From: Luminiphilus sp.
Lineage (GTDB): Bacteria; Pseudomonadota; Gammaproteobacteria; Pseudomonadales; Halieaceae
Assembly: GCA_029242325.1 (NCBI GenBank)
Contig: JAQWUD010000010.1
Span: 15,379 to 79,378 of the forward strand
DNA: 64,000 bases
Direction of reading: 5' to 3'
Under the pieces are notes generated by a model, which ran no database searches, was not told where the DNA came from, and was given only the letters and a program-made list of their open reading frames with translations. Below are positions 30,889 through 40,122 of this stretch, piece by piece (the stretch's first letter is position 1; every line of letters starts with the position of its first letter). A program made the translations under genes and the position numbers.

Positions 30889-31785
30889 TTATTCGATGCT
30901 GGCAAGTGAGGCCAGGTCAGCGCCACCAAAGGCGTTCACAGGCACTTTCAAAAAAAGCCGACCTTGCTCATCGAGCGGGGGTAGATGGCCCGCCCTCATG
31001 TTGACTTGCAGGGAGGGTAATATCAGCGTGGGCATATCCAGCGTGGCGTCGCGTATCTCGCGCATTCCGACAAATTGCTCCAATGGAATGTCGCCCCCAA
31101 CATGAATATTGTGCCGCCGATGGTCTGCGATCGTGGCGACGAATTGCAGCGCGCGACCACCTGGCTGGTAGTCGTGGCAAACAAATACTCTGGTTTCTTC
31201 TGGTAACGCCAGCAGCCGCTGGCAGGATTCGTAGAGCGCCTTCGCATCTCCCCCGGGAAAATCGCAGCGGGCTGTTCCTGCATCTGGCATAAAAAGCGTG
31301 TCTCCGACAAAAAGCGCATCATCGATGCGATACGCCATGCAGGCCGGGGTGTGCCCCGGCACGTGAAAGGCTTCGCATTTGAGCGCTCCAACACTGAATG
31401 CGTCACCGTCCGAGAGGATCCAATCGAACTGGCTACCATCACGCTTGAAACTGTTGCCCTCATTGAAAATCGTGCCAAAGGTCTTTTGCACAGCGGTGAT
31501 ATGGGCACCAATTGCAATGTCGCCCCCAAGCTTTGCTTTGATATAAGGAGCACTGGAGAGGTGGTCGGCATGAATATGAGTTTCTAAAATGCATTCCAGG
31601 TGCAGCTCCCTTGATTCGATAAATCCGATAATCGCATCGGCCGATTCAGTCGAGAGGGTGCCCGAAGCGTAATCCAGATCTAGCACCGGATCGATAATTG
31701 CGCAGCTTCCCACACTGGTATCAGTTGCAACATAGGTTAACGTTGAGCTCGATTCATCAAAGAAATGGGCCACTTCGAGGGTCAT
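30889..31785 (-). CDS. pdo: Persulfide dioxygenase (type II PDO / Blh-like MBL-fold protein)
   Basis: 298 aa. Motifs LETHIHADHLS, PGHTPACMAY, FVGDTLFMPDAGTARCDFPGGDA, CHDY and LPSLQVNMRAG. It lies 19 nt upstream of sqr. Confidence 0.85.
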   Translation of the reverse strand: MTLEVAHFFDESSSTLTYVATDTSVGSCAIIDPVLDLDYASGTLSTESADAIIGFIESRELHLECILETHIHADHLSSAPYIKAKLGGDIAIGAHITAVQKTFGTIFNEGNSFKRDGSQFDWILSDGDAFSVGALKCEAFHVPGHTPACMAYRIDDALFVGDTLFMPDAGTARCDFPGGDAKALYESCQRLLALPEETRVFVCHDYQPGGRALQFVATIADHRRHNIHVGGDIPLEQFVGMREIRDATLDMPTLILPSLQVNMRAGHLPPLDEQGRLFLKVPVNAFGGADLASLASIE

Positions 31786-31858
31786 TTAGAAAAGCTCAAT
31801 AGATTTAGGTCAGCCGTGGATAGCGTATGGTATCACCTCACAAAAGAATAAAGATATT

Positions 31859-32035
31859 GCGTTTTGGAATATTCGGGATGTCGGCGTGCTTGAGGGGCTC
31901 GTTGCTTTGATTCAGGAGGGAGCGATAAGACCAGTAGTGGCAAAGACGTTTGCGTTAGGGGATCTATCGTCAGCGCAAGAATACTTTCTCAATAAGGATT
32001 TCGTGAGAAAAATAGTGATCGATATGACCTTGTGA
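31859..32035 (+). pseudogene. 3'-terminal remnant of an MDR-family (zinc-type / quinone) oxidoreductase gene
   Basis: The open frame 31790-32035 has no plausible start. The last ~58 codons, AFWNIRDVGVLEGLVALIQEGAIRPVVAKTFALGDLSSAQEYFLNKDFVRKIVIDMTL*, resemble the C-terminal strand-helix of NADPH:quinone reductase-like proteins (...L..L..L...GK(L/I)(K/R)PV(V/I)...F.L.....A......GK(I/V)V(L/I)). The upstream 270+ codons are missing. Confidence 0.45.
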
Positions 32036-32068
32036 ACGTCTCGCGCTGTGAGCGGTGATGGCAAGGGG

Positions 32069-32097
32069 TTGCCTTATAACTTCCTTAAATGTATATT
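32069..32097 (+). promoter_or_regulatory. Candidate sigma70 promoter for the integrase gene
   Basis: TTGCCT (32069-32074), a 17-nt spacer, then TATATT (32092-32097), in an AT-rich tract about 30 nt upstream of the integrase start. Confidence 0.4.
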
Positions 32098-32124
32098 TAC
32101 GTCAGTTAAAGCAACCTTTATGGG

Positions 32125-33102
32125 GTGCGGCCTGCCGTGGATGCCAACAAAAAAACCGCGAATCAAGAGATCAGCAGCTGGCTGGCAACAGTGGGCGCGG
32201 ACGCCCCCTTGCAGCACAGCAACGCGGCCTCTTTATACCTTGCCTCTTTACAAGGCTCAGAAGCCAGTAGAACCACGGCTCGGTCGGTCATGAAGCAGAT
32301 CGCTTTGCTATGCGACCAAACGCCTGATACCTTACCTTGGCATCGGCTAGACCGCGCTACCGTGCTGGCACTGCTGGAAAAATTGAAACAAAAAGGCCTG
32401 TCAGACAACACCCGCAATCTGTACCTATCCATCGTCAAAGGCGTTGCCCGCGAAGCCATGCTGCATCAGCAAATGAGCGATCATCAGTTCAGCCTAATTG
32501 AACAGATCCGAGCCATAAAATTACAAAGATTGGCCGTAGGACGGGCTTTGCATGTGGATGAGGTGGCCAAACTCATCGATCATTGTTTACACGATGAGGG
32601 CGCTGCAGGGGTCAGAGATGCCGCTCTACTCGGGATTTTATTCGGTTGTGGCCCTAGGCGTGCTGAAGTCGTGACGATCGACATCAATAAAATCAACTTT
32701 AGTGATCGATCGATCAAAGTGATCGGCAAGGGCAACAAGGAACGAGAGCTGGAAATGCCGCCCAGAACCATCGATCTGATGAAAACCTGGCTCGAGGAGT
32801 CAGGTTTGCGGTTTGGGCCCTTATTCAGGCCCGTTAATCGCTGGAATCAGATCACTGAAGATCGACGCCTGACGGCTCGTGGGGTCTACGATATCGTGAC
32901 TAGGCGAGTGAAGCAGGCCGGGTTAGACAAAGCCTCTCCGCATGATCTCAGACGGAGCTTTCTCACGTACCTTCTTGATAATGGTGAAGATTTGGCGACC
33001 GCGGCAGATATGGCTGGACACGCCAGCGCGGACACCACCCGGCGTTACCTCCGGCATCAAAAGCGCCGGAATCGGGCCGCCGCAGATAAGATCGATTTTT
33101 AG
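32125..33102 (+). CDS. Tyrosine-type site-specific recombinase / integrase
   Basis: 325 aa. Catalytic pattern: R (FGCGPRRAEV), K (KGNKERELEMP), H-x-x-R (PHDLRRSF), H (AGHAS), Y (TTRRYLRH). GTG start at 32125, or at 32137. Confidence 0.88.
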   Translation: MRPAVDANKKTANQEISSWLATVGADAPLQHSNAASLYLASLQGSEASRTTARSVMKQIALLCDQTPDTLPWHRLDRATVLALLEKLKQKGLSDNTRNLYLSIVKGVAREAMLHQQMSDHQFSLIEQIRAIKLQRLAVGRALHVDEVAKLIDHCLHDEGAAGVRDAALLGILFGCGPRRAEVVTIDINKINFSDRSIKVIGKGNKERELEMPPRTIDLMKTWLEESGLRFGPLFRPVNRWNQITEDRRLTARGVYDIVTRRVKQAGLDKASPHDLRRSFLTYLLDNGEDLATAADMAGHASADTTRRYLRHQKRRNRAAADKIDF

Positions 33103-33395
33103 TCCCAAACCTAGAATCCTCACTCACGTACCAAGAAGCTACCTGACCCTCATTGCTAGGACTTTACAAACGGCTTTGGTTATCCACTGGGCATTTATCA
33201 CGCGCCAGACGAAGGGGCGCGACAGGATCAGAGAACTCATGTTGTCGCATTGCGCACGCCGTGCTTTTAACCTGCCTGATACACTACGACCTCAGGCCAA
33301 GAAGATGCCTCCAGGTTACAGGTGCAAGGCTGCACGCCTCCAAAAAGGTGTGTCCATAACTCACTGAGTCGAAATCAAGAGCCAAGGATATTTTC

Positions 33396-34577
33396 GTGCT
33401 TTGTTTAACATCCAACATTCTTGGTGGTCTCTGGCCCGCCAGGGTTCTCCTGCTTGTAATGTTGACCTTTGTGACGCACCCGGCAAGCGCCTTCCAAGGC
33501 TCACGTGATAACGACACGCAGTCAGAAGGCCTAGACAACCGGCCTCTGGAAGACAAAGACAACGAGGCAGAAGAGACTAGCCCTTGGCTTATCACCCCTA
33601 CTCTGGCGGCTGATCCCAAATTGGGGGCTAATGTCGGCGCGGTGATAGCCTACTTAAAACAATTGGATGCCGAATCAACTCCCTCGATGGTCGGCCTGTC
33701 GGTCTCATATTCAGATACTGAGTCTCTTGCGGGAGGGATCGGTGCTCAGCTTTATTGGGGGGCAGACACACGTCGCTTGCTACTGCTTGCAGGGGGGGCC
33801 GAGATCAACAACCAATACGACGATTTTCTTGGTACCGGGCAGGCCGCAGAAACGCAGGATAACGTTCACACTCTAGGCTTTCGCTATCTTCATCAGCTGC
33901 GCGAGGGTGGCTGGTTTGCAGGTGTGCAGGGGGTTAGCACGAACTATGCCGTCGGTGCCGATGGATTTATCGGCGGGATGCTCAATCTGGTGGGCCTGTC
34001 GGGCTTTGATGCTACCGGGCTCGGACTGGTGCTACAGCACGATACAATGGACCACCAAAGGGATCCCAAGTCAGGGCATCTCTTCACGCTTCATAATTTT
34101 GCTTACCGGGAGAGCTTGGGCGGGCAATCTTCGTTTGACGTGGGCTTTGCCGATTTACGCTGGTATCACGCGCTGGAGCACTTTTCGCTCGGGCGCAGCA
34201 AGCGGCCATCTGTAGTGGCGTTTCAGCTTAAGGGCCGCTTTACGGCTGACGCACCGCTATCTGGCTATTCCTCTGTATCTTTGCCCGGATACACGGCGGG
34301 GAACTATTTGTCTCGCCACTACTCTCATATGTTGGTTGACGGCAGGTTTCCCCTTACCAAGAAATTCGGACTCGTCGCATTCGGCGGTGTCGGGTGCCAG
34401 TTTGGCGAAGATATCGCCGGAAGGGAGATAGACTGTGGCGAGAACACTTACCCATCCATTGGGTTCGGAATCTCATACCTAGTGAAAGAGGAGGCATCAG
34501 TTTTGATCCGACTCGAGGTTGCCAAAGGTAAAAATGACAACGAGGCACTCTATTTACGGTTTGGCCACTCGTTTTGA
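33396..34577 (+). CDS. Omp85/BamA-family outer-membrane beta-barrel protein lacking POTRA domains
   Basis: 393 aa with a GTG start and an AAGGA RBS. Signal peptide ...LLLVMLTFVTHPASA, alternating beta-strand pattern, C-terminal ...ALYLRFGHSF ending in Phe, and surface-antigen barrel-like segments (RDPKSGH, LPGYTAGNYLSRHYSHMLVDGRFPL). Confidence 0.65.
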   Translation: MLCLTSNILGGLWPARVLLLVMLTFVTHPASAFQGSRDNDTQSEGLDNRPLEDKDNEAEETSPWLITPTLAADPKLGANVGAVIAYLKQLDAESTPSMVGLSVSYSDTESLAGGIGAQLYWGADTRRLLLLAGGAEINNQYDDFLGTGQAAETQDNVHTLGFRYLHQLREGGWFAGVQGVSTNYAVGADGFIGGMLNLVGLSGFDATGLGLVLQHDTMDHQRDPKSGHLFTLHNFAYRESLGGQSSFDVGFADLRWYHALEHFSLGRSKRPSVVAFQLKGRFTADAPLSGYSSVSLPGYTAGNYLSRHYSHMLVDGRFPLTKKFGLVAFGGVGCQFGEDIAGREIDCGENTYPSIGFGISYLVKEEASVLIRLEVAKGKNDNEALYLRFGHSF

Positions 34578-34634
34578 TTGGTCTAAGCTGGAGAGGGAAG
34601 CAGTCAAACATAGCAACGGCCGGGGAATAGTTGG

Positions 34635-36743
34635 GTGAAAACATTCATAGCGATGGCGGCGCTTTGCGCCGCTCTCTGGATACCCGCTGCGTCAAGCGCG
34701 CTGGTAGCGACCAGCGCTCAGGAGGGCACGCTCAAAGAGATCATCAATGTGATTGAGGAACGGCATTACGCCGGTCGCCGCTACGATGATGGCCTGTCTG
34801 CGCAGCATTTTGCAGCATATTTGGATGCGCTAGACCCTCAGAGAATGTTCTTTGACGCAGGGGACGTAGACGAATTCTCACAGTGGCGATTGGAGCTGGA
34901 TAACGCTGCCCGAGGAGGTGATCTGAGCCCAGCGTTTACCATCTTTAATCGCTACCACCAGAACCTGAGATCCCGGCTAGAGCGCATCCTTGACACACTG
35001 CCAGATACTTTGGCTCAGTTTGACTATGAGGTGGACGAGCACTTGGTGATCGACCACTCCGCGATTCCCTGGGCCTCCAGTGCATCTGATCTGGACGATC
35101 GTTGGCGTAAACGCCTCAAGAATCAAGCGCTAAGCCTGAAAATTGCCGACAAGGATCTTTCCGAGATCCCAAGCACGCTGGAAAAGCGATACCAAAATCA
35201 GCTCAACCGCATCGATCAATACAACGCACAGGATGTATTTCAGATCTACGCCAATACGTTGGCTGAGCAATACGACCCGCATACCAACTATTTTTCACCT
35301 CGGCGCGCTGAAAACTTCGACATTAATATGAGTCTGTCATTTGAAGGCATTGGCGCTATTTTGCAGATCGATGATGAATACGCGAAAGTGACCCGCCTGA
35401 TACCCGCCGGACCTGCTGACAAGCAGGGGCAGCTTCGTCCCTCGGATCTCATTATCGGAGTGGGCCAGGGAGAGGATGGCCCTATTGAGGACGTTGTGGG
35501 CTGGCGGCTTGATGAGGTGGTCGACCTCATTAGGGGACCCAGAGAAACCACCGTGCGTCTGGAGGTCATCCCAGGGAAAGGCAAAACTGATCAGAGAACG
35601 GTGGTACCCATCATCCGAAACGAAGTGAAGCTCGAAGAGCAAGCTGCCCAGAAGAAAGTCATAGAATTTACCGACGAGGCGGATCAGTCCCATCGCGTTG
35701 GCGTTATCGACATCCCTGCTTTCTATATCGACTTTGAGGCTTATCGGCAGGGCGACAAAAATTATCGATCTACGACACGGGATGTAAAGCAGCTTGTCGA
35801 CGAGTTGGTTGCGGAGGGCGTAGAGGGCATTGTGATAGATCTGCGTGACAATGGTGGCGGATCATTGCAGGAAGCTAATCAGCTGACAGGACTGTTCATT
35901 GAATATGGACCAACGGTGCAGATCCGGTCCGCCGAGAGTCGAGTCTGGCGAGATGGTAAACGCCGCCGGTCAAGCTATTACGAAGGCCCTCTCGCAGTCA
36001 TGATCAACAGACTCAGCGCCTCGGCATCAGAAATATTTGCGGGCGCCATTCAGGACTATGGTCGCGGCATTATTTTAGGCGAGCAGTCTTTCGGTAAAGG
36101 GACCGTGCAGTCATTGGTGCCGCTCAAAGAGGGTCAGCTGAAGATCACCGAGAGCAAATTTTACCGGATATCGGGTGACAGTACTCAACATCGCGGTGTT
36201 ATCCCTGACATCGATTTTCCCTCGCTCTTTGATGCTGAGCAAATAGGCGAAAGCGCTCTCGACAATGCCCTGGCATGGGATCAGATCGCCCCTGCACGGT
36301 TCAATCGATACCATGACTATGGCCTCATCCTCCCGCGCCTCACCGACCTGCATAGCAAGCGAGCGGCGAATGACCCTGACTATCTTTATCTGGAAGATCA
36401 GGTTGAGATTGCGCGCGAAGCGCGAACCCTAACCACCCTGCCGTTGCGAGAAGCGGGACGGGTGGCTTTGCGAAACGAGCAGCAGGCCAAGGCGCTGGCA
36501 ATCGAAAACAAGCGCCGGGAAGCCAAAGGGATGGACTTGCTCGAGGAACTCAAGGGCCGCGGGGACGAGACAGCCTCCGATGATAAAGGTGATGATGCAT
36601 CGGTTGCTGCAGAGAACGCCGCACCCGAATCGCGTGATGAGGACGATAATGCCGACGTATTGTTACTCGAGACAGGCAGAATTCTGGTTGACTCTATTGC
36701 GTTGAGACCCAACGCCAGTATCGCAAGGCGAGCAGACAGCTAG
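34635..36743 (+). CDS. prc: Tail-specific (C-terminal processing) protease Prc, S41A
   Basis: 702 aa with a signal peptide. PDZ region (GIGAILQIDDEYAKVTRLIPAGPADKQG), DLRDNGGGSL, catalytic Ser context SASASEIFAGA and Lys context FGKGTVQ. Confidence 0.93.
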   Translation: MKTFIAMAALCAALWIPAASSALVATSAQEGTLKEIINVIEERHYAGRRYDDGLSAQHFAAYLDALDPQRMFFDAGDVDEFSQWRLELDNAARGGDLSPAFTIFNRYHQNLRSRLERILDTLPDTLAQFDYEVDEHLVIDHSAIPWASSASDLDDRWRKRLKNQALSLKIADKDLSEIPSTLEKRYQNQLNRIDQYNAQDVFQIYANTLAEQYDPHTNYFSPRRAENFDINMSLSFEGIGAILQIDDEYAKVTRLIPAGPADKQGQLRPSDLIIGVGQGEDGPIEDVVGWRLDEVVDLIRGPRETTVRLEVIPGKGKTDQRTVVPIIRNEVKLEEQAAQKKVIEFTDEADQSHRVGVIDIPAFYIDFEAYRQGDKNYRSTTRDVKQLVDELVAEGVEGIVIDLRDNGGGSLQEANQLTGLFIEYGPTVQIRSAESRVWRDGKRRRSSYYEGPLAVMINRLSASASEIFAGAIQDYGRGIILGEQSFGKGTVQSLVPLKEGQLKITESKFYRISGDSTQHRGVIPDIDFPSLFDAEQIGESALDNALAWDQIAPARFNRYHDYGLILPRLTDLHSKRAANDPDYLYLEDQVEIAREARTLTTLPLREAGRVALRNEQQAKALAIENKRREAKGMDLLEELKGRGDETASDDKGDDASVAAENAAPESRDEDDNADVLLLETGRILVDSIALRPNASIARRADS

Positions 36744-36755
36744 CAGGCGTCTACT

Positions 36756-38072
36756 CTATCCCTGACCGCCCTCTCCCACCGCAATTGTGGTTTGTCCGCC
36801 CATGTAGGATTGCAGGGCTCTGGGCAGCGAGACACTGCCATCCTCGCATTGGCCGTTTTCAAGGATCGCCACCAGGGTTCTACCCACTGCCAAGCCTGAA
36901 CCATTCAGTGTATGAAGCAGCTCTGGCTTGCCGGTGGCAGGATTTCTCCAACGCGCCTGCAGCCGACGGGCCTGAAAATCACGGAAGTTTGAGCAACTTG
37001 AGATCTCGCGATAGGCACCCTGCCCGGGTAACCAGACTTCCAGGTCATAAGTCAGCGCAGAACTGAACCCAAGATCACCCCCACACAACATCACTTTCCT
37101 ATACGGCAACTCAAGCGCTTGCAGAATGGCCTCCGCATGCCCTGTCAGGGATTCCAGCGCCTGCTCTGACTGTTCTGGCCTGACCAATTGCACCAGTTCA
37201 ACCTTCTCGAACTGATGTTGACGAATAAGACCCCGAGTGTCTCGCCCATAGCTACCCGCCTCGCTTCTGAAACAGGGTGTATGCGCCACATAATGCAGAC
37301 CGCCCTCCCCCAGTTCTGCCGCGTCGTAGAGCGTATCCCGCGCCATATTCGTCACGGGCACCTCTGCGGTGGGTACGAGAAAGTATCCTTGATCTCCCTC
37401 AAGCCTGAACAGATCCTCTGCGAATTTTGGCAGCTGCCCTGTTCCTGTGAGAGACGCCTCGTTGACGATATAAGGAACATACACTTCGGTATAACCGTGC
37501 TGTTGGGTGTGCCTATCCAACATAAATTGAATCAATGCCCGGTGAAGTCTGGCGAGATCGCCCAGAAGCAGTGAGAAGCGAGACCCGGCAATCCGGCCCG
37601 CTGTCTCCATATCCATCTGTTTTAGCGCCTCTCCCAGATCAACGTGATCTTTGGCCACAAACGAAAATTCAGTGGGTTTGCCCCAACGGCTGACCTCTTT
37701 GTTGTCCTCCTCCGACTGCCCCTCCGGTACACAGGCGTCAGGCAGGTTGGGCGTTTCAGCTAGGAGCGCATCCAAGGCAGCCTGCGCGGTGCTAGCCTCA
37801 CTAGTCGCCTCCTCCAGCTCAGCCCCTAGTCGAGATAGCACCTCATCAACCTCCGCCTTGGCCTCTTCCACTGAGCGACCGGCGGCAATCAGATCACCGA
37901 TTTTCTTGGATGAAGCTTTCCTCTCTGCGAGCAGACTCTGGGCACGAACATCCGCTGCTTTCCGACGCGCGTCGAGGCGTTCGAAAAGGGCCAGATCAAA
38001 TTGCATGCCCCGCTTGGCAAGCGCGACAGCAATACGCTGTGGATCCAGCCGGATGGCCTTGAGATCAAGCAT
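36756..38072 (-). CDS. serS: Seryl-tRNA synthetase
   Basis: 438 aa. N-terminal coiled coil ([12 protein letters not shown]...) and class II motifs [21 protein letters not shown] and [16 protein letters not shown]. Confidence 0.96.
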   Translation of the reverse strand: MLDLKAIRLDPQRIAVALAKRGMQFDLALFERLDARRKAADVRAQSLLAERKASSKKIGDLIAAGRSVEEAKAEVDEVLSRLGAELEEATSEASTAQAALDALLAETPNLPDACVPEGQSEEDNKEVSRWGKPTEFSFVAKDHVDLGEALKQMDMETAGRIAGSRFSLLLGDLARLHRALIQFMLDRHTQQHGYTEVYVPYIVNEASLTGTGQLPKFAEDLFRLEGDQGYFLVPTAEVPVTNMARDTLYDAAELGEGGLHYVAHTPCFRSEAGSYGRDTRGLIRQHQFEKVELVQLVRPEQSEQALESLTGHAEAILQALELPYRKVMLCGGDLGFSSALTYDLEVWLPGQGAYREISSCSNFRDFQARRLQARWRNPATGKPELLHTLNGSGLAVGRTLVAILENGQCEDGSVSLPRALQSYMGGQTTIAVGEGGQG

Positions 38073-38204
38073 TTTTAGATCACCTCTTTGGAGGGTCGCG
38101 ATTTTAACTGAAAATAGCCCCAGTGACCTCCCGCAAACAGGCGAAGGGCGCTAAGGTTATTTCCGGCTGGGGGAAATGGCCCTCACGTAGTGCACGTCAA
38201 AAAT

Positions 38205-39542
38205 CTAGCGCTGTGACCCTTTTTTCTCCGCTTCTGCGTTGAACGCGCGCAGACGCCGTAACTTCTCAGCTATTTGCTGCTCTAGTCCACGATCTGTCGG
38301 ATGATATAGCGTCACAGGTGGGATCTCCGGCGGGAAATAGCGCTCCCCCGCCGCAAACGCACCTGCTTCATCGTGCGCATAACGATAGCCGGCACCATAA
38401 CCGCTCTCTTCCATCAATCGTGTCGGTGCGTTACGGAGATGCAAGGGCACATCCAGTGATCCGGATTCTCGTGCCAGCTTAGTGGCAGAGGTAAATGCGC
38501 TATACACCGCGTTACTCTTCGCAGCGCAAGCGAGGTACACCACGAGCTGCGCTAGCGCCAACTCTCCCTCCGGGCTCCCCAGTCGCTCTTGAACCGCCGT
38601 CGCATCAAGCGCCAACTGTAAGGCTCTCGGGTCGGCCAAGCCAATGTCCTCAGACGCTATCCGAATGGCTCTCCGAGCGATATATATAGGGTCACAGCCG
38701 CCCTCCAACATTCTCGCGAGCCAATAGAGTGCCGCGTCGGGGTCTGACCCTCTTATCGATTTGTGCAGTGCACTGATGAAGTCGTAGAAAGCCTCTCCCC
38801 GCTTGTCAAACCGCTGAGCACTCGTTGCTGCCAACCGTGACAACAGCGAGTCATCCAGCACCGCACGCTCACCTTGAGCAGCGACCATCTCCACTGCCAA
38901 CTCGAATAGGTTCAGCGATTGACGCGCGTCTCCATCAGCGAGCGACGCGACCCCAGACAGAAAACTCTCCGTCACGTGTAGCCTCGGATAAAAACCGCTA
39001 GCTCTCTCGAGTAGCGCCGTTAATGCCAACAATTCGATGCTCTGCAGGCGATACACCCGTAACCGCGAGAGTAAGGCGTTGTTCACCTCGAATGAGGGGT
39101 TTTCGGTCGTCGCACCAATGAAGCAGATGGTCCCATCCTCGATGTAGGGTAAAAAGGCGTCTTGCTGGCTCTTATTGAACCGATGGACCTCGTCAACGAA
39201 TAGCACTGCCTTACGCTGTCTCGCCCGTGCGTCCTTCGCCTGATCAATGGCTGCTCGAATATCTTTCACACCTGAAAAGACAGCGGACAGTTGCAAAAAA
39301 AGCGCGTCGCTATAAATAGACACTAACCGGGCCAATGTGGTTTTGCCGACACCTGGTGGTCCCCATAGCACGAAGGAGTGAACACTACCTGACTCTATGG
39401 CGTGCCGCAGGGGCTTGCCTGGACCCAACAGGTGCCCCTGCCCCACTACTTCATCAAGGGTTTGCGGGCGCAACCGCGCCGCAAGAGGCTCTTGTTCGGG
39501 CTGCGATACTGCGAACAAATCAGGCTCGTTATTCATCGCCAA
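38205..39542 (-). CDS. rarA: Replication-associated recombination protein A (RarA/MgsA)
   Basis: 445 aa with Walker A GPPGVGKTT, Walker B LFVDEVHRFNK, and C-terminal YRYAHDE...YFP. Confidence 0.95.
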   Translation of the reverse strand: MAMNNEPDLFAVSQPEQEPLAARLRPQTLDEVVGQGHLLGPGKPLRHAIESGSVHSFVLWGPPGVGKTTLARLVSIYSDALFLQLSAVFSGVKDIRAAIDQAKDARARQRKAVLFVDEVHRFNKSQQDAFLPYIEDGTICFIGATTENPSFEVNNALLSRLRVYRLQSIELLALTALLERASGFYPRLHVTESFLSGVASLADGDARQSLNLFELAVEMVAAQGERAVLDDSLLSRLAATSAQRFDKRGEAFYDFISALHKSIRGSDPDAALYWLARMLEGGCDPIYIARRAIRIASEDIGLADPRALQLALDATAVQERLGSPEGELALAQLVVYLACAAKSNAVYSAFTSATKLARESGSLDVPLHLRNAPTRLMEESGYGAGYRYAHDEAGAFAAGERYFPPEIPPVTLYHPTDRGLEQQIAEKLRRLRAFNAEAEKKGSQR

Positions 39543-39555
39543 AGAAAATGTCCTG

Positions 39556-40122
39556 CTAAAACGGCGTTGCCGGCACCAGGAAATCAGCCGATTTCACGAC
39601 AATGCCAGGCTCTTCATTCAGCGTAAAATCCAACCGTTGATCGCTTAAATCCCATACGACGAGGCGCCATATTCCGTCCTCCTCCTGGGTGATTTCAATC
39701 CGCTGAAATGCGCCGCCGGCTTGCTTGGGAGTCAGCATCAAGCCGGTCTCGCTGGGATCGATATCAAAAGCGGCCAACAGTTGTTCACGTGGCGCCAGTA
39801 ACCATTGAAATGCTCCCCGCTCCTCGGGAGAAATATCGCGCGCCACGACCACCTCAAGATCCCAATCAATCTGCGTTAGCTGACTTCCAGAGGAAAGCAG
39901 CGTTTGTCTGTCCGGTTCCTCAATCTGCCATTTCAGTGAGTCAGGGCGAAGCAACATAAAGCGCCCCGCCGAAATCTCTAGAGGCCGACCTTCCGGACTA
40001 ATGACGCGCTGAGTGAAGCGTCCTGCCATGCTCTCCTTTGCGGCAAGGGCCGACAGCACGTCTGCATAACTCGACATGCACCAGCCCATCGCCGCAAAAA
40101 TAATGGCTACCGCGTGCTTCAT
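39556..40122 (-). CDS. lolA: Outer-membrane lipoprotein carrier protein LolA
   Basis: 188 aa with a signal peptide, and F(T)Q..(I/V)...G pattern (MAGRFTQRVISPEG). It sits between ftsK and rarA, as in E. coli. Confidence 0.85.
   Translation of the reverse strand: MKHAVAIIFAAMGWCMSSYADVLSALAAKESMAGRFTQRVISPEGRPLEISAGRFMLLRPDSLKWQIEEPDRQTLLSSGSQLTQIDWDLEVVVARDISPEERGAFQWLLAPREQLLAAFDIDPSETGLMLTPKQAGGAFQRIEITQEEDGIWRLVVWDLSDQRLDFTLNEEPGIVVKSADFLVPATPF

Noticed and set aside
32125-33102. Possibility that the recombinase is an integron integrase (IntI) with an adjacent cassette array
   Set aside because: The protein lacks the IntI-specific extra domain between patches II and III. No attC-like imperfect inverted repeats or short promoterless cassettes follow or precede it.
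33103-33395. Invertible promoter switch (fimS-like) between the integrase and the OMP gene
   Set aside because: I could not find inverted repeats of about 9 bp or more bracketing the segment by eye. I found only short local hairpins and a weak direct similarity (CTCACTCA / CTCACTGA). A computational inverted-repeat search is needed before claiming this.
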